DNA of 64,000 nucleotides from Vitrella brassicaformis CCMP3155 (Eukaryota; Protista; Chromerida). The stretch is taken from NCBI GenBank assembly GCA_001179505.1, contig CDMY01000223.1:98319-162318 (forward strand), given 5' to 3'. Positions 25,476 through 36,800 of this stretch are shown here, piece by piece; the stretch's first letter is position 1; each line of letters opens with the position of its first letter. Both the position numbers and the translations under genes were made by a program. The notes beneath the pieces were generated by a model. The model ran no database searches, was not told the origin of the DNA, and was given only the letters and a program-made list of their open reading frames with translations.

Positions 25476-25713
25476 GACAGAGGTCTCAGACCTCTCCCTG
25501 CTGCACAGCAGAGGGGCGGGCAGATAACAACGAAGCCTCTACTCTGTGGCTGTGCACACACACACCGGGCAGGCCAACAGACAGGAATGCGCACAGGAAC
25601 TTGCTCCCGAGGGCGTGAAAAGTGACGTGGGTGGCATCATAGAGACGAGAGCTTAACTGGTGGGCTCAGCACGTGGCTCAGCACGGCCAAGGTGATGACG
25701 CAAGGGAGCCATC
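25476..25713 (-). repeat. Copy A of the duplicated G3BP-like upstream module
   Basis: Its reverse complement aligns by eye to about 29720-29977. Shared blocks include GATGGCTCCCTT, ATGATGCCAC.CACGTCAC, CACGCCCTCGGGAGCAAGTTCCTG and GAGGTCTGAGACCTCTGTC. Confidence 0.85.
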
Positions 25714-25734
25714 ACGCTGTCGCATTCGCATTAC

Positions 25735-26188
25735 TCACCGGCCAATCCCAGAATGATGGGATTCTGAGCAGTGGTCCCGCGTAAGCGCCCAGGAACCTCG
25801 CGGCGTTCTGTGCCGAGCGGGGAAGTCGGTTGTTGAATGTGACGTCCTTGGTGTGCTGCACATACAACGACACACACAGCACTGTCTGTGTGCTTGATGC
25901 TGCTGTGGGTGTGGGTTTGGGTGTGGCTTACCCTCCAGCAGGTCGAACACCGAGCTGTCCAGCTTGACCAAGCCCCTCTCAGAGCGGCGCAGTGCCGCCT
26001 CGGCCTTGAAGCTGCCGGTGGTCGGTTGGTCCTCCTCCTTGTCTCTCTGACCTTTTTCCTGCCACTTTCCATGGCCTTCTGGAGCGGGTTGTCGAGGCAT
26101 GGCCTGCGACGGTCTCTGGGGCCTTGGACGTGGTCTCCAGGAAGTGCGTGATCGACGAGGCGGTCAAGTTCTCGTACGTCAGGGCCAT
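25735..26188 (-). pseudogene. Chimeric pseudogene: G3BP-like first ~26 codons fused to an unrelated intron-containing fragment
   Basis: MALTYENLTASSITHFLETTSKAPET versus MALTYENLIASWITHFLETTSEAPET at 29993; the reading stops at 25979. An out-of-frame fragment (LRRSERGLVKLDSSVFDLLE) retains a GTAAG...TGCAG intron. Confidence 0.7.
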
Positions 26189-26448
26189 GGTGCCCTCACC
26201 AACGCCTACAGTCTCGGCGCTCCCTGCTGCTCACGAGCAGAGGGGGCGGGCAGACGACAACGAACACCTCTCCTCTGTGTCTGTGCACACACACACCGGG
26301 CAGGCCAACAGACTGCGCACAGGAACTTGCTCCCGAGGGCGTGAAGTGACGTGCGTGGCATCGTACCCGAAAAATAAGAGAAATGGCGACAGCCTAACTG
26401 CGCTCAGCACGACCAAGGTGATGAGCGAAAGCAAGGGCGCAGGGGAGC
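26111..26448 (-). repeat. Copy B of the duplicated G3BP-like upstream + 5' coding module (inverted)
   Basis: Its reverse complement aligns by eye to about 29724-30069, including the ATG and first codons. Confidence 0.88.
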
Positions 26449-26499
26449 AGATGAGAGAGGCTCAGCGACGTCCTCATCAGACGGCTGCAGCTTCTCTCC

Positions 26500-27500
26500 C
26501 TTGCGTTTGCGCGATGGCGGGATGTGTGGTTCAGGTTGGGCAGCGGAGGCGGCGGGGTGCGAGGGCCTCCTGGAGCGGGGGCCGTCCTTGCTTTCTGTGA
26601 TGACATCAGGGGGAAATCCAGAGAGGGAAAGGCAGAGAAACGATGACGTCCTGGGTGAAAGGAGATGGAATGGCATAATCTGTTGGTTGTCCGTAGGGAA
26701 CTGCACTCTCTTGCTGCCCACTGTCTGAAGAAACGGTTTCTTTCAGAAAAATTGTTTCTCGTGAGACAGAGGGATTCTCGACACAACAGGAATTTACAGA
26801 AAGGACAGGAGACAAGAGGGGATCGTATTCATCGCTTTCCCACTCTGCCTTCCCCATCCGTGCCCCTTTAGGCCCGGCAGATGCGAATGGGCATGCCGGA
26901 GACAGCTCGAGGACGAACGAACGAAAATATGGCGGGTCGTCGAACCCGCTCGCCCCGCATCCATGCAGGCAGCCCGAAGGCTGATGCAGCCCACGACACG
27001 TGTGCCTCAGGCAATGCTCCTGCTGAAACAGATGCAATCCCCACACTTTTGCAATGTATGCCAAGAGGGAACGGGGGGGGACATTCTATACGCCACGACG
27101 CGAAGGTTTGACCATCATTTTATACGGCCCTTGACTGGGTCAGTCATATGAGGCGCAGCGGCTCAGGATCCCCGAATTCCACAGCACCACACAGTGGGTA
27201 CTTGGAGACACGAGGAAACACCAGCTGCATGTATGGTCGTAGACGGCAGACGGCTGCATCTACTGCCTCGGGAGGAAACTCTCCTCGGTATGATCGAATG
27301 ACGCCTCGAAACCTCGCCGCTGCATTCGCCTCCACCGAACGGCTACAACGATGTGCGATTTGCAGTGGAAAGGCCCACGAAACGACGGGGGCGTCCTCAG
27401 CCTGAGATAGAAGAGCCTTTCCACGACAGCCACGCGTCCCTGCAGAAGAACACACGAGTTGCACGGACGAGCGGAGAGAAGAAGGCATGCGCGCACCGAA
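26500..27500 (-). mobile_element. Probable decayed mobile-element or foreign coding remnant
   Basis: Lacks intronic microsatellites and appears less GC-rich than neighbours. Stop-interrupted minus-strand frame contains GCLHGCGASGFDDPPYF, weakly like the C-terminal Cys/His knuckle of non-LTR retrotransposons. Confidence 0.3.
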
Positions 27501-27556
27501 GAGGACGCCACACTTCTACGACATCCGTAAGCCCACGAACACGCTTGCATGCATAC

Positions 27557-27657
27557 GGGGCAACCCGGCATTCTCACATAGTGCGGGGCAACCCGATATC
27601 CTCACATAGCAAGGGGCAACCCGGTATCCTCACACATCACGCGGGGCAACCCGGCAA
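27557..27657. repeat. Minisatellite, 4 copies of a ~28-30 bp unit with GGGGCAACCCG core
   Basis: GGGGCAACCC at 27557, 27585, 27613 and 27643, mostly followed by a related TCCTCACATAG-like segment. Confidence 0.9.
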
Positions 27658-28363
27658 TTATACTGAGACACGATGCGACGGAGGGGTGTGCATGCAGCTC
27701 ATTTCTTATTGCGGGACCGGGAGGGTGAATGGGGGAGGGGGGAGGGAGGCAGGAAGGGGAGAGGGAGGAGGGAGACAGGAAGGGGGGAGGGGAAGAGAGA
27801 CAGGCCACCTGACACGACAAGAGAGACGAGGGCCACACACATCACCACACACACACACACAGGGCAGAGGGGAGAGGAAGGAGGGGAGGCAGACAGAGAT
27901 GACAGGCAAAGATGGACACTTACCTATACACACACAACGCGACCACGAAGCGCGAGACAGACGCGTGCACGCACCTCCACAACATATACTTGGCACACCA
28001 CCTCCCCTGGCCCGGGGAAGTATACAAGCACGGGCAGCCCCGCGCCATCGGGGTGAAAACGGACTGGCATTTTTCTCCGAAACCCAGGGGTAGCCAAGGA
28101 AAAGCTTGGTGAGCCGGACTCGCCGCCCTGGTCTCAGCCTCGTTTTTTGCAGGGCTGCTAGATCATTTCCATGGATGCATTTCATGCGATCACAGGAGAC
28201 GCTTGATGAATGAATGAATGAATAAGCTGCCTCCAGCTGGTTCAATGTTTTGCCAGCGACTTGACGACCGCCGGATGAGTCTGTAGTCTGCAATGTGGGG
28301 AGGGAGTCGCCTCACTCACTGCAGGTGGTGACGTGTTTCCTTCCCCATAGCAAGGCTGGACAA

Positions 28364-28622
28364 CTCGGAAGCTGTCGCAAGTAGAGAGCTGTACTTCTTA
28401 AGTGCATTGTGCGTGGCAAGGGTTTCGGTGCCATTGATGAGTAGCATGAACAAGTCTGTCACGCCAGCGAGCTCCGTCAACATGAGCGTATGCTGGCACG
28501 TCCTTTCAAGTTACGCATTTGCAGCCCCAGGCTGGTTCGTCCTTTCATTGCCGTTGAGCCATGAGCCCTCAACCAGTCAAACAGCTCGGCAAGGGTGAGA
28601 GCTCGGAAGCTGTCGCAAGTAG
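28364..28622 (+). repeat. 21-bp perfect direct repeat pair
   Basis: CTCGGAAGCTGTCGCAAGTAG at 28364-28384 and 28602-28622. Confidence 0.85.
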
Positions 28623-29469
28623 CGACACTATCAGTACAGACTGCACATACCAAAGCGAAGAGATAGTTGAGTTGAGGGTTGTGTGGACACGGGTATTTCA
28701 GCAGACCACAGACCATCTAGCTCTCCTCTCTGGGCCACTTGTCTCGCGGGATGGCCTGTACTCGGCAGCATCCGCCTGGACGAGGGTGCTATGCTGCAGC
28801 CTGGCCCGTGAGCTGCCGTAGCCTCTCGCCGATGCTAACAAGCCGTGATCTGGTCACGCTCAATTGCCTTGCCGACGAGTACTCGCTAAACTCCGCCAGA
28901 TGCGACTCTTGCTCAGTTGCCCTCTGCTGCCCGGCTGGCTGTTGAAGCCGTCGAAGGGGGCCTGGCGAACGAGTGGGCGGGCCGTTGTGGGAGATCCGGT
29001 CTTCTTGCACATGGGCTGCTGAGATGCGACTCGGCCTTAGACTCGACCAGCTGCTGCATCACCGCCAAGTTGGCGCGCCTCCTCCGAGATCTTCCATAGT
29101 ATAAATCAGCCTTGCCCGCAACGTCCCCCCTCGTCGGACCGCCTTGTTCCTTAAGCCGATGTTGACAAGATCCCCCAGTTGTGGCTCTTGGACAGCCGAC
29201 CTCTGCTGCAGCCGCCGCTGATGAGGCAACCGACTAAGCAGCATGGCTTGAAGATCTGGTCCTCTCTTCGTCGGCTGAAGTGAAGGGGCACTTTGCAAAG
29301 CGACGCTTTGTGGCAGACAGTCACCTCGGCGAGAAGCTGATACGCTGTCGAGACCCCTCTTCGTTTCCAACACCGCACCCACTACTCTGGCCACGCAGCT
29401 CCATTCTCCTCCCCTTCTCTTCTCCTCTTTTGCGAGCTTTGAACAAACAGCCGCTCCTGTTCTCGTTTC

Positions 29470-29528
29470 GATGGCTCCTGCCTTCCTTTCGCTCATCATC
29501 TTCGCCGTCCTGAGCGCAGTCAAGCTCT
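29470..29528 (+). repeat. Partial copy C of the upstream module
   Basis: GATGGCTCCTGCCTTCCTTTCGCTCATCATCTTCGCCGTCCTGAGCGCAGT resembles 29720-29775 and the outer end of copy B. Confidence 0.75.
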
Positions 29529-29992
29529 CCGCTTTCCTCTCCCAATCTTGCGAGCTTTGCAAGTTGCACCGCTGCTCTCTCCCACTAGCCGCAACCACTC
29601 CTCAAGCATTGTCCCCTTTCCGGCCCTTCGGAACGAACGAACGAACGAACGACGAACGGACGGAACGAACGCCCTGAAAAAAGCTCGCCCCTTCTGCGAG
29701 CTGAGACTTGCGACGGTCTGATGGCTCCCTTCCGCCCTTCCTTTTGCTCATCTTGCCGTCCTGAGCCAAGCAGTTAGGCTGTCTGTCGTCTTCTCTCTTT
29801 TTTCATTTTTCGGGTATGATGCCACGCACGTCACCTTTCACGCCCTCGGGAGCAAGTTCCTGCGCATTCTGTCTGTTGGCCTGCCCTGTGTGTGCACAGC
29901 CAAAGAGTAGAGGAGTTCCTTGTCGACTGACCGCCCCTCTGCTTGGGAGCAGCAGGGAAGAGGTCTGAGACCTCTGTCGCGTTGAGGGCGCC

Positions 29993-32305
29993 ATGGCTCT
30001 CACGTACGAAAACCTGATCGCCTCCTGGATTACCCACTTCCTGGAGACCACGTCCGAGGCGCCAGAGACCTGCGCAGAGATCTTCTACCACCCCGGTGAG
30101 CGGCACAGCTGCGAGACTGCCTCTGCGGGATGCATCGGCCCACCATTGACGTGTTGTGTTGTCTGTGTGTTGTCTGTCTGTTGCCAACAGGTTCTGAGAT
30201 GCGTTTGACCGACGTCGGTGGCGAGGTGCACGAGGCCCGCGGCATAGCTGACATCCGCCGCGTCTACGAGGCCTTCGAGACGCGCTTCAAGCACTCCCGC
30301 ATGTACGGCCTCCAGCTGGCGGTCTTCCGGGAGGCCGGCAGATGGTGCATGAGCGTCGAGGGCATGCACCTGCAGCTGAACGGGCACCTCATGGCCACCA
30401 AGCGCGTGTTTGTGTTGGCGTTTGTGCCCACGGTCGAGGGCGGCGGTCACGTCATTCTCGTCAGCAAGGACACTGGGGAGTTCCGCGATAGGGGCATGCT
30501 CCCGGCTGTGCCCGAGGGCGGCCTCACCCCGCCCAAATATGGCGGCCGTGCGCAAGGCCCTCGTTTCTTCCTCGCCGGCCCTACCAGCATCCGCTCCACG
30601 TCGGTCGGCCAGCCCAACACCAACGGGAGCAGCAACATGTCCTCGCCTCTGGAGCCCCTCTCCCCAGACGGCAGCAACGGGAGTGGCGGCGTTGGCGGCA
30701 GCGGGGATAGTGGCGGCAACAACGCGCCATCGTTCGAGCAGCCGCCGCAGCAGCAGCCACAGCAGCAGCCCGAGCAGCAGAAGGCACAGCAACAGCAACA
30801 GCAACCCGCCCCCCAGGAGGGAGACCACGATGGCCAAGTTGCTGACCCGCAGCAGCAGCCGCAGCAGCAGCCCGAGCAGCAGCAGGCGGCTGACATGGCC
30901 ACCCCTGCTGCACCGGTGCCTGAGGTTCCCGGGGCGCCCGCCAACGACAATGACGCCGACAATGACGAGGAGGAGGAGGAGGAGGAGGAGGAGGAGACGA
31001 GTGAGGACGGGGAGGGTGAGGGGCAAGGGGCGGCGGATGGCGATGGGGGCGAGGGCCAGGATGCCGCCAACAGGGCGGACGAGGCTGCTGGAGCCAACCA
31101 GGTCGGTAATGTTGTGGGCCGCCCGCCCGTCGTCGTTCAGCCACGTAAGCGGGAAGGGGAGGAGGCACGGCCAGCCAGACAGCCAGCGAGAGAGGGAAAC
31201 AAGGGTGCATTTAGGGATGTGCATGTATGTGCGTGATTGTATGTGTCGTCAGGTGTGGGAGGTGCCGTTGTCGCCGCGGCCCCGCTGGTCACACTCAACG
31301 ACACCGGTCCAACACTCGAAGAAAGTAGGGCGACGCACAGCATGACAAGGGGGGCGGGGGAATCACATCCTCCTGTCCCCGTGACCACCGTGTCTGTCTG
31401 TCTGTCTGTCTGTTCTTGTTGTCTTTCCAGGCGTTTCGATGGCGCGGGCCCGACACCCTCGCCCCCAGCAGCAGGCACAGCCAGCCCAGGTGACACACAA
31501 CACGCACAGACCGACCCCCACACCCCCAACCATGTATCTCATGACCTTTCTCTGCCTGTTTGTCCTTCAGAATGGTGCTGGGTCCGGCCATCAGGGGGGC
31601 GTGCGAGGGGGAGGGGCGCGGGGGCATCCCCACGGGCAGCGGTACTGGCGCGAGCGGCCGGACAAGGTGTTCCGCAACGGTGCCGGTATCGGAGCGGCCC
31701 CTAAGGTGGTGCAGGGGTCCGTTGAGCCCTCCCAGTGGCTCTTCTGCTCGGATACGCCTGACGACATCGACAATTTGAGCGAGAAGGACTGCGACACGCT
31801 TCTGAAGCGCCTCAACGAAGCCATCAAGTACCACATCCCGCACGGCAAGGTGTTGGAGATTGAGCAGCCCGCAGACATCCAGAGGATCCGTGACAAGAGC
31901 CGTCACATCCCCTACTACAAGCCGCCCACCTTCGTTTTCATCAAGATGGACTCGATCACCACCGCTGAGGCCTTCCTGCGCCTCGAGGCCCGCAGCAAGG
32001 GCCAGACCCCGTATCATCAGCGGGGGGCTGAGGGCAAGCCGACCGGGCCGTCGTCGCCGTATGCGGCGGTACTCTCGCCATTCGGTCGACTGACGTGGCG
32101 CAAGTCTGACCGGGAGAAGCGGTTCGGTGGGCCGTCGGGGAGGGGCGGGGGGAGCCCGGCCTCGCCAGGCAACCGTGGCGGCGGGCGTGGGTGGTGTGGT
32201 GGCGGCCCGCCTGCTGGCCGTGGCGATGCCGGCAGACGTGGCCGCGGTGCAGGGGCGGACAGAGGAGGGATGCGCGGGGCCCGGGGCGGGCCTCGCGGCC
32301 GATGA
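29993..32305 (+). CDS. G3BP/Rasputin-like protein (NTF2-like domain, Q/acidic linker, divergent RRM, RGG tail)
   Basis: The N-terminal ~130 aa follow the NTF2 pattern (IFYHP..S, ARGIADI, MSVEG, RVFVLA, VSKDTGEF). Poly-E and PxxP linker; RRM-like segment with TFVFIKM; terminal RGG repeats. Confidence 0.65.
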
Positions 32306-33800
32306 TCGATCGATCCAACACTACTATCCTTCCATCAAGCACGGTGAGCAGACACAGACAGACACGCACACACACACACACACGCACCCTCTCTCATGTT
32401 GTGTGTATTCTCTCCTTCTGTGCGTGTGCGTTCTGGTTGTCAGACCCTAGTAAAGGCGTTCTTCTCTATGCATTTTGTGTCGTCGCAAGCTGCCACGCAG
32501 TCAGGCGTCCAGGCAGGGTGGGCTGGTGCGTGAATGCAGGGTGGCGTGCATGAGTTCTGTCTGCGTGGCTGATCGGGTTGTGATTTTTCGGCAGTGTGTG
32601 GGCGGGTTTTGCTTTAAGCGCTCCACTCGCCCGCGTGAGGCCTATGGTCGGGCGTCTGTCTGCGGGCGAGTGAGCGGCTGGGTGTGGTGTGGTGTGTGGC
32701 GTGGTGGCGTGTACACATGCGTGCGTGAATAGGCAAGGGCAACACTTACACACACCAGCACACATGAGGGGAAGTTATTACTGCTCGCCATCCATCCACA
32801 CCGATTGTATCTCTCTCTCTCTCTCTACTTCCCTGCACACTCACACACTCTCGCACTCCCTCACACCTTTTCGCCTGCATGTGCGTGCATCACTCCACCT
32901 CATGCCTGCTTGCCTGCCTGCCTGCCTGTGATCGATCGGAACGGGTGCGTGTGTGTGGCTGTGGACTGACTGCCTTGAGCGTGACGTTGTGTTTTCGGTC
33001 GTGTGTTTGTGATGGATGGATGGATGGACGGATGGATGGGAGGGTGGACAGAGCGCAGTACGTATCACCATCAAGGCAGGTCTACGATGCTGTCTGTGTT
33101 GTATGTGTTCGATTTGGTTCCTTAAATCTCGCTCGCCTTGTGAGAGAGGAAAGCATCTATTGCACTTGACTGGTAGAGAGATAGAGTAGACAACCTGAGC
33201 TCACTGGAGAGTCAGCCGGCACCTAGTCAGCTGACCTGACTGACCTGACAGACAGATGGACTGACGATAGCCTCGGTCGCTAGTGTGCGTGGCTTTCATG
33301 GCGGTGTGTGTGGTGGTTGCAATGATGTAGGCACACATGACACAGCTTGGCAAAGACACACAAGGACTTGTAGGCAGAATGACTTGAACCAGTACAGAAT
33401 CCCCACACGCACACGCCCCCTGACAACCAACAGTCCCCCTCAAGAAACGCAGCACACCATCCCCCATCCATCCATCTGCGGCCGCCTCACGCAAATTCCG
33501 TCCGTCCTCGGCGCCCGCAGGGAAGCACACGTCGAATCAAAGTGTCCATTCTCTCTGCTGCCAATGGTGAATGACATATGAATGGGCATCGGATGCTGAC
33601 GAGGGTGATGGAGAGAAAAGGCGTCATGAGTTGGAGCCAACTTGGAGGAGATCTGCGTCCTCATGAAGATCGGCGGATCTCTGGTATGATTGATACGGTG
33701 GCGGTGCAGGCGGCGTGTGGGTCTCACCCCAACGCAGGATGGTAAATTAGTGATTTCGTCTCCTGAGACTGGGGGCAAGACGGGGGTCGAGACTTGTGAG

Positions 33801-36800
33801 ATGCCGAAGGGGACAGGCAAATCGAAGAAGAGGAGGCATGACACCGCCTCCGCCTCCAGCATCTTTGGCGCTCTCGGCTTCTTCACACAAGACGCGTCCG
33901 ACGAGGCAGGCGAGAAGAAGGGCAAGAAAGTGAAGCGATTCAACCCATTCGAATGGAGGCCGGAGGACGGGCTGGTGCCTCCTCGGGAGCAGTGGGGTCG
34001 GGCGACTGTGCTGGGCGTGGAGGCCATGACGGAGGAGGAGATCATGGCCGAGGCTGTCCGGCTGGAGGAGGAGCGCAAGAGAGAGGAGGAGGAGAAACGG
34101 AAGGCGGAGGAGGCCAGGAGGCGGGCCGGCATCGAGGAGAGCGAGGCTTCCGAGGAAGAAGAGGAGGTAATGGAGGAAGCGGAGGAGGTGGGCCCCTCTT
34201 TACTGCACTGGTGATGTTACATTGCATATGTGCACTGTCCTGCCCATCTATCAGGAGCTGACCGAGGAGGAGCTGGCCGCATTGCAAGCCATGAAGCTCT
34301 TCGACTTCGACATGTACTCACAGCCCTTCCGTCTTTTCCCATTCCACGCCGACATTCCCCATGCTTTGATGCAGGAACGGCAACCCAGTGATCGAAGAGG
34401 CCGAGAGGGCTACATACGGAGAGGACCAGCTGTACCTCGCGGACGCCAAAAACCGTCGGGAGAAGCTCCTGCTGCTCAAAAAGAGCCAGCGAGAGGAGCA
34501 GCAGCGGAAGGTTGAGGAGGCCCGGCAGCAACTGCGTGAGAAAGAGGAGGCCGAGAAGGCTCTCGAAGCCGGGTCAGAGGAGGAGAGTGAGGAAGAGGAG
34601 AGCGTGTCATCGGAGGCTGAAGAGGAGAAAGCTGAGGAAGAAGAGAAGAAGGAGGAGGAGATCGTGGATGTGTTCGAGGCCAAGGACTGGGCGGACCTGC
34701 TCAGAGTGACACATGCACAGAAGGGCTGACGAGGGGTAGGTGCAGACCGTGTGTGTGTCACCTTATATATATCAGAGGTTAGAGGAGCGGCGGAAGGTGC
34801 TCAAGGACCCCCACAAGCGTCCTCGGACCTGGGAGATCGCCCTGTATATCAATACTTTGCTCAACCTAGATCGCAAGGAGCTTCTCTGCTTCCTGGTCAT
34901 CACATTCGGACACATCAACCCGTGAGACATACATACACAGCGATGCGTCCAGTCGTTTTGTTGGTTCCCATCTTAATCAGGCGGAAGAATGGTGGACAGT
35001 ATCTGCGTCGGAAGAAGCTCTACTCTCCCGCCTTCAGCATCAAGCCAGGGGAGCCCCTCCAGCTGCCTGTGCCAAGTGAGACACCACCACATGCAATGAC
35101 GGCACTCCCCTCCCTGTCGTATGTCGTCAGTGTCGATGATCAAGCGTCAGCAGATCAAGCTGTCGTACGCCAACCTGCCCAACTACAAAGTCAGCTACGA
35201 CCTCTGGGAGATCAACCCCTCCACCTTCAACACTCTCTTCGCCGATAGCTCCATGACATTGCAGGAGATAGTCAACGACAGCAGCGACCAGCAGATCGCA
35301 CTGCACCGCCGACTCGCTGACCCCACACGCAAATCGTATGAAGCCGTGCTGCTCGAGGTGTGTATGTGTCTAAAGGGATGCAATCAATGTCGATCGGCAA
35401 TACAGAAAGACACAGAGAGAAAACTCTGTGTGTGTGTGTGTGTGCGTGCAAATATGATCAGGTGACGTGCGAGCTGGCTGAGGTGTTGGAGTTCATAGTG
35501 TCGTTTGATAGCTGGCAGTTCATTGGCCACCCCGACATGCCCAAGCCATGGCAGGAGCTGCCAAAGGCGCTGGAGATCATCTTCCCATCACGACCGAAGC
35601 AGAAAAAGCTCAGAGTAAAGAAGCAGCTGGCTGATGGATGAGACACAACGCAAATGAAAGACGGATGATGGATGGCATCTATCTGCTGATGCAATGCAGC
35701 ACAAGCGTGTGTTGAATGACTCCATCAACTGGTGGGCATTCCCCGCCAAATTCAAGTTTCTTGGGACTATGAACGAGTTCAAAAACTCTTACTTCACCGT
35801 CAAGGTCAGTCAGTAAACAAGACCCAACACGTGAGGTCTCGTCCACTGACCCGCACGTGTCTCTGTCTGTCTGGGCAGATCTACGGCAATTTTGGGTGGC
35901 AGGTGCCACAAGACCTGATGGGCGTCTGCTTCTTCAGCAACGCGTCAGTGCTCGACTACCCCATATGCAAGTGAGCGACGAGCCGTCCATCCAACACAAA
36001 TCACAATCACAACCATGGCGCGCACCTTCTTTCTCTGTTCAGGGGTACAGTGAAGAAGCTGACGACAGAGATCCACCTGTTTGCTCAGGGTGACGTCATG
36101 GGCAACATCCGGGTGCAGACGCACAGCCTGGGAGTGTCTGAGGCGGAGCCCCCCACACTCAGGCCGGTGCAGCCGCTGCGGGGGGCCTCACTCCTCACCA
36201 ATCTGGATGTCACATCGAGACATCTCATCATCAAGTGAACGACGGACGGGAAAAACGGTGTGCTTCATGTCATGTGTCTGGATGTGATGTGTGTGCCCTT
36301 TCAGGCTTCTCTCTTGTCAAAACCTCCCGGCCGCCAACTATGGCACTGGTGAACGAACACAAGTGACTCCTGCTGGCAGGCCATCCGCCTGCCTGTTGTC
36401 TCGCTAACTCTCCGTCTCTCGGCGTGTGTCAGGGTTCTCTGACCCGTATGTGAAGGTCATGTGGGACGGCATCCAGCAGAACGCCCTGGTGCAGGAGAAC
36501 ACCTGCAGACCCATATACAACCAGACCTTCTACTACCCCATTCGACTCATCGATCCAAAGAAGGAACTCAGCGATCGCCACTTCAGAGAGGTGAGCTCAA
36601 CTCAGGTGCGTACCAGTCCGTGACCTCATTTTGCGTCTCTCTCTCTCTCTCTCTCTGCGTGTGTGTGTGGGTGGGTGGGTATGCAGACGTGTTTGCCTCT
36701 CGATTTGCTGAACAAGGGGAGCATCATGTTTGAGGTGTGGCACCAGGACGACACTTTGGGAGAGTTTCTGGGCGGCTGTGAGGTCTCCCTTGCCGTCATC

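Noticed and set aside
27557-27657. CRISPR-like repeat/spacer pattern
   Set aside because: The inter-core segments resemble each other, the core is only ~11 bp, there are no cas genes, and the context is eukaryotic. It is a minisatellite.
30085-31224. 379-aa minus-strand ORF (also 528-1316 +, 42001-42795 -, 51597-52484 +, 54140-55438 +)
   Set aside because: Antisense shadows of GC-rich coding exons; they run through intron microsatellites and show no motifs.
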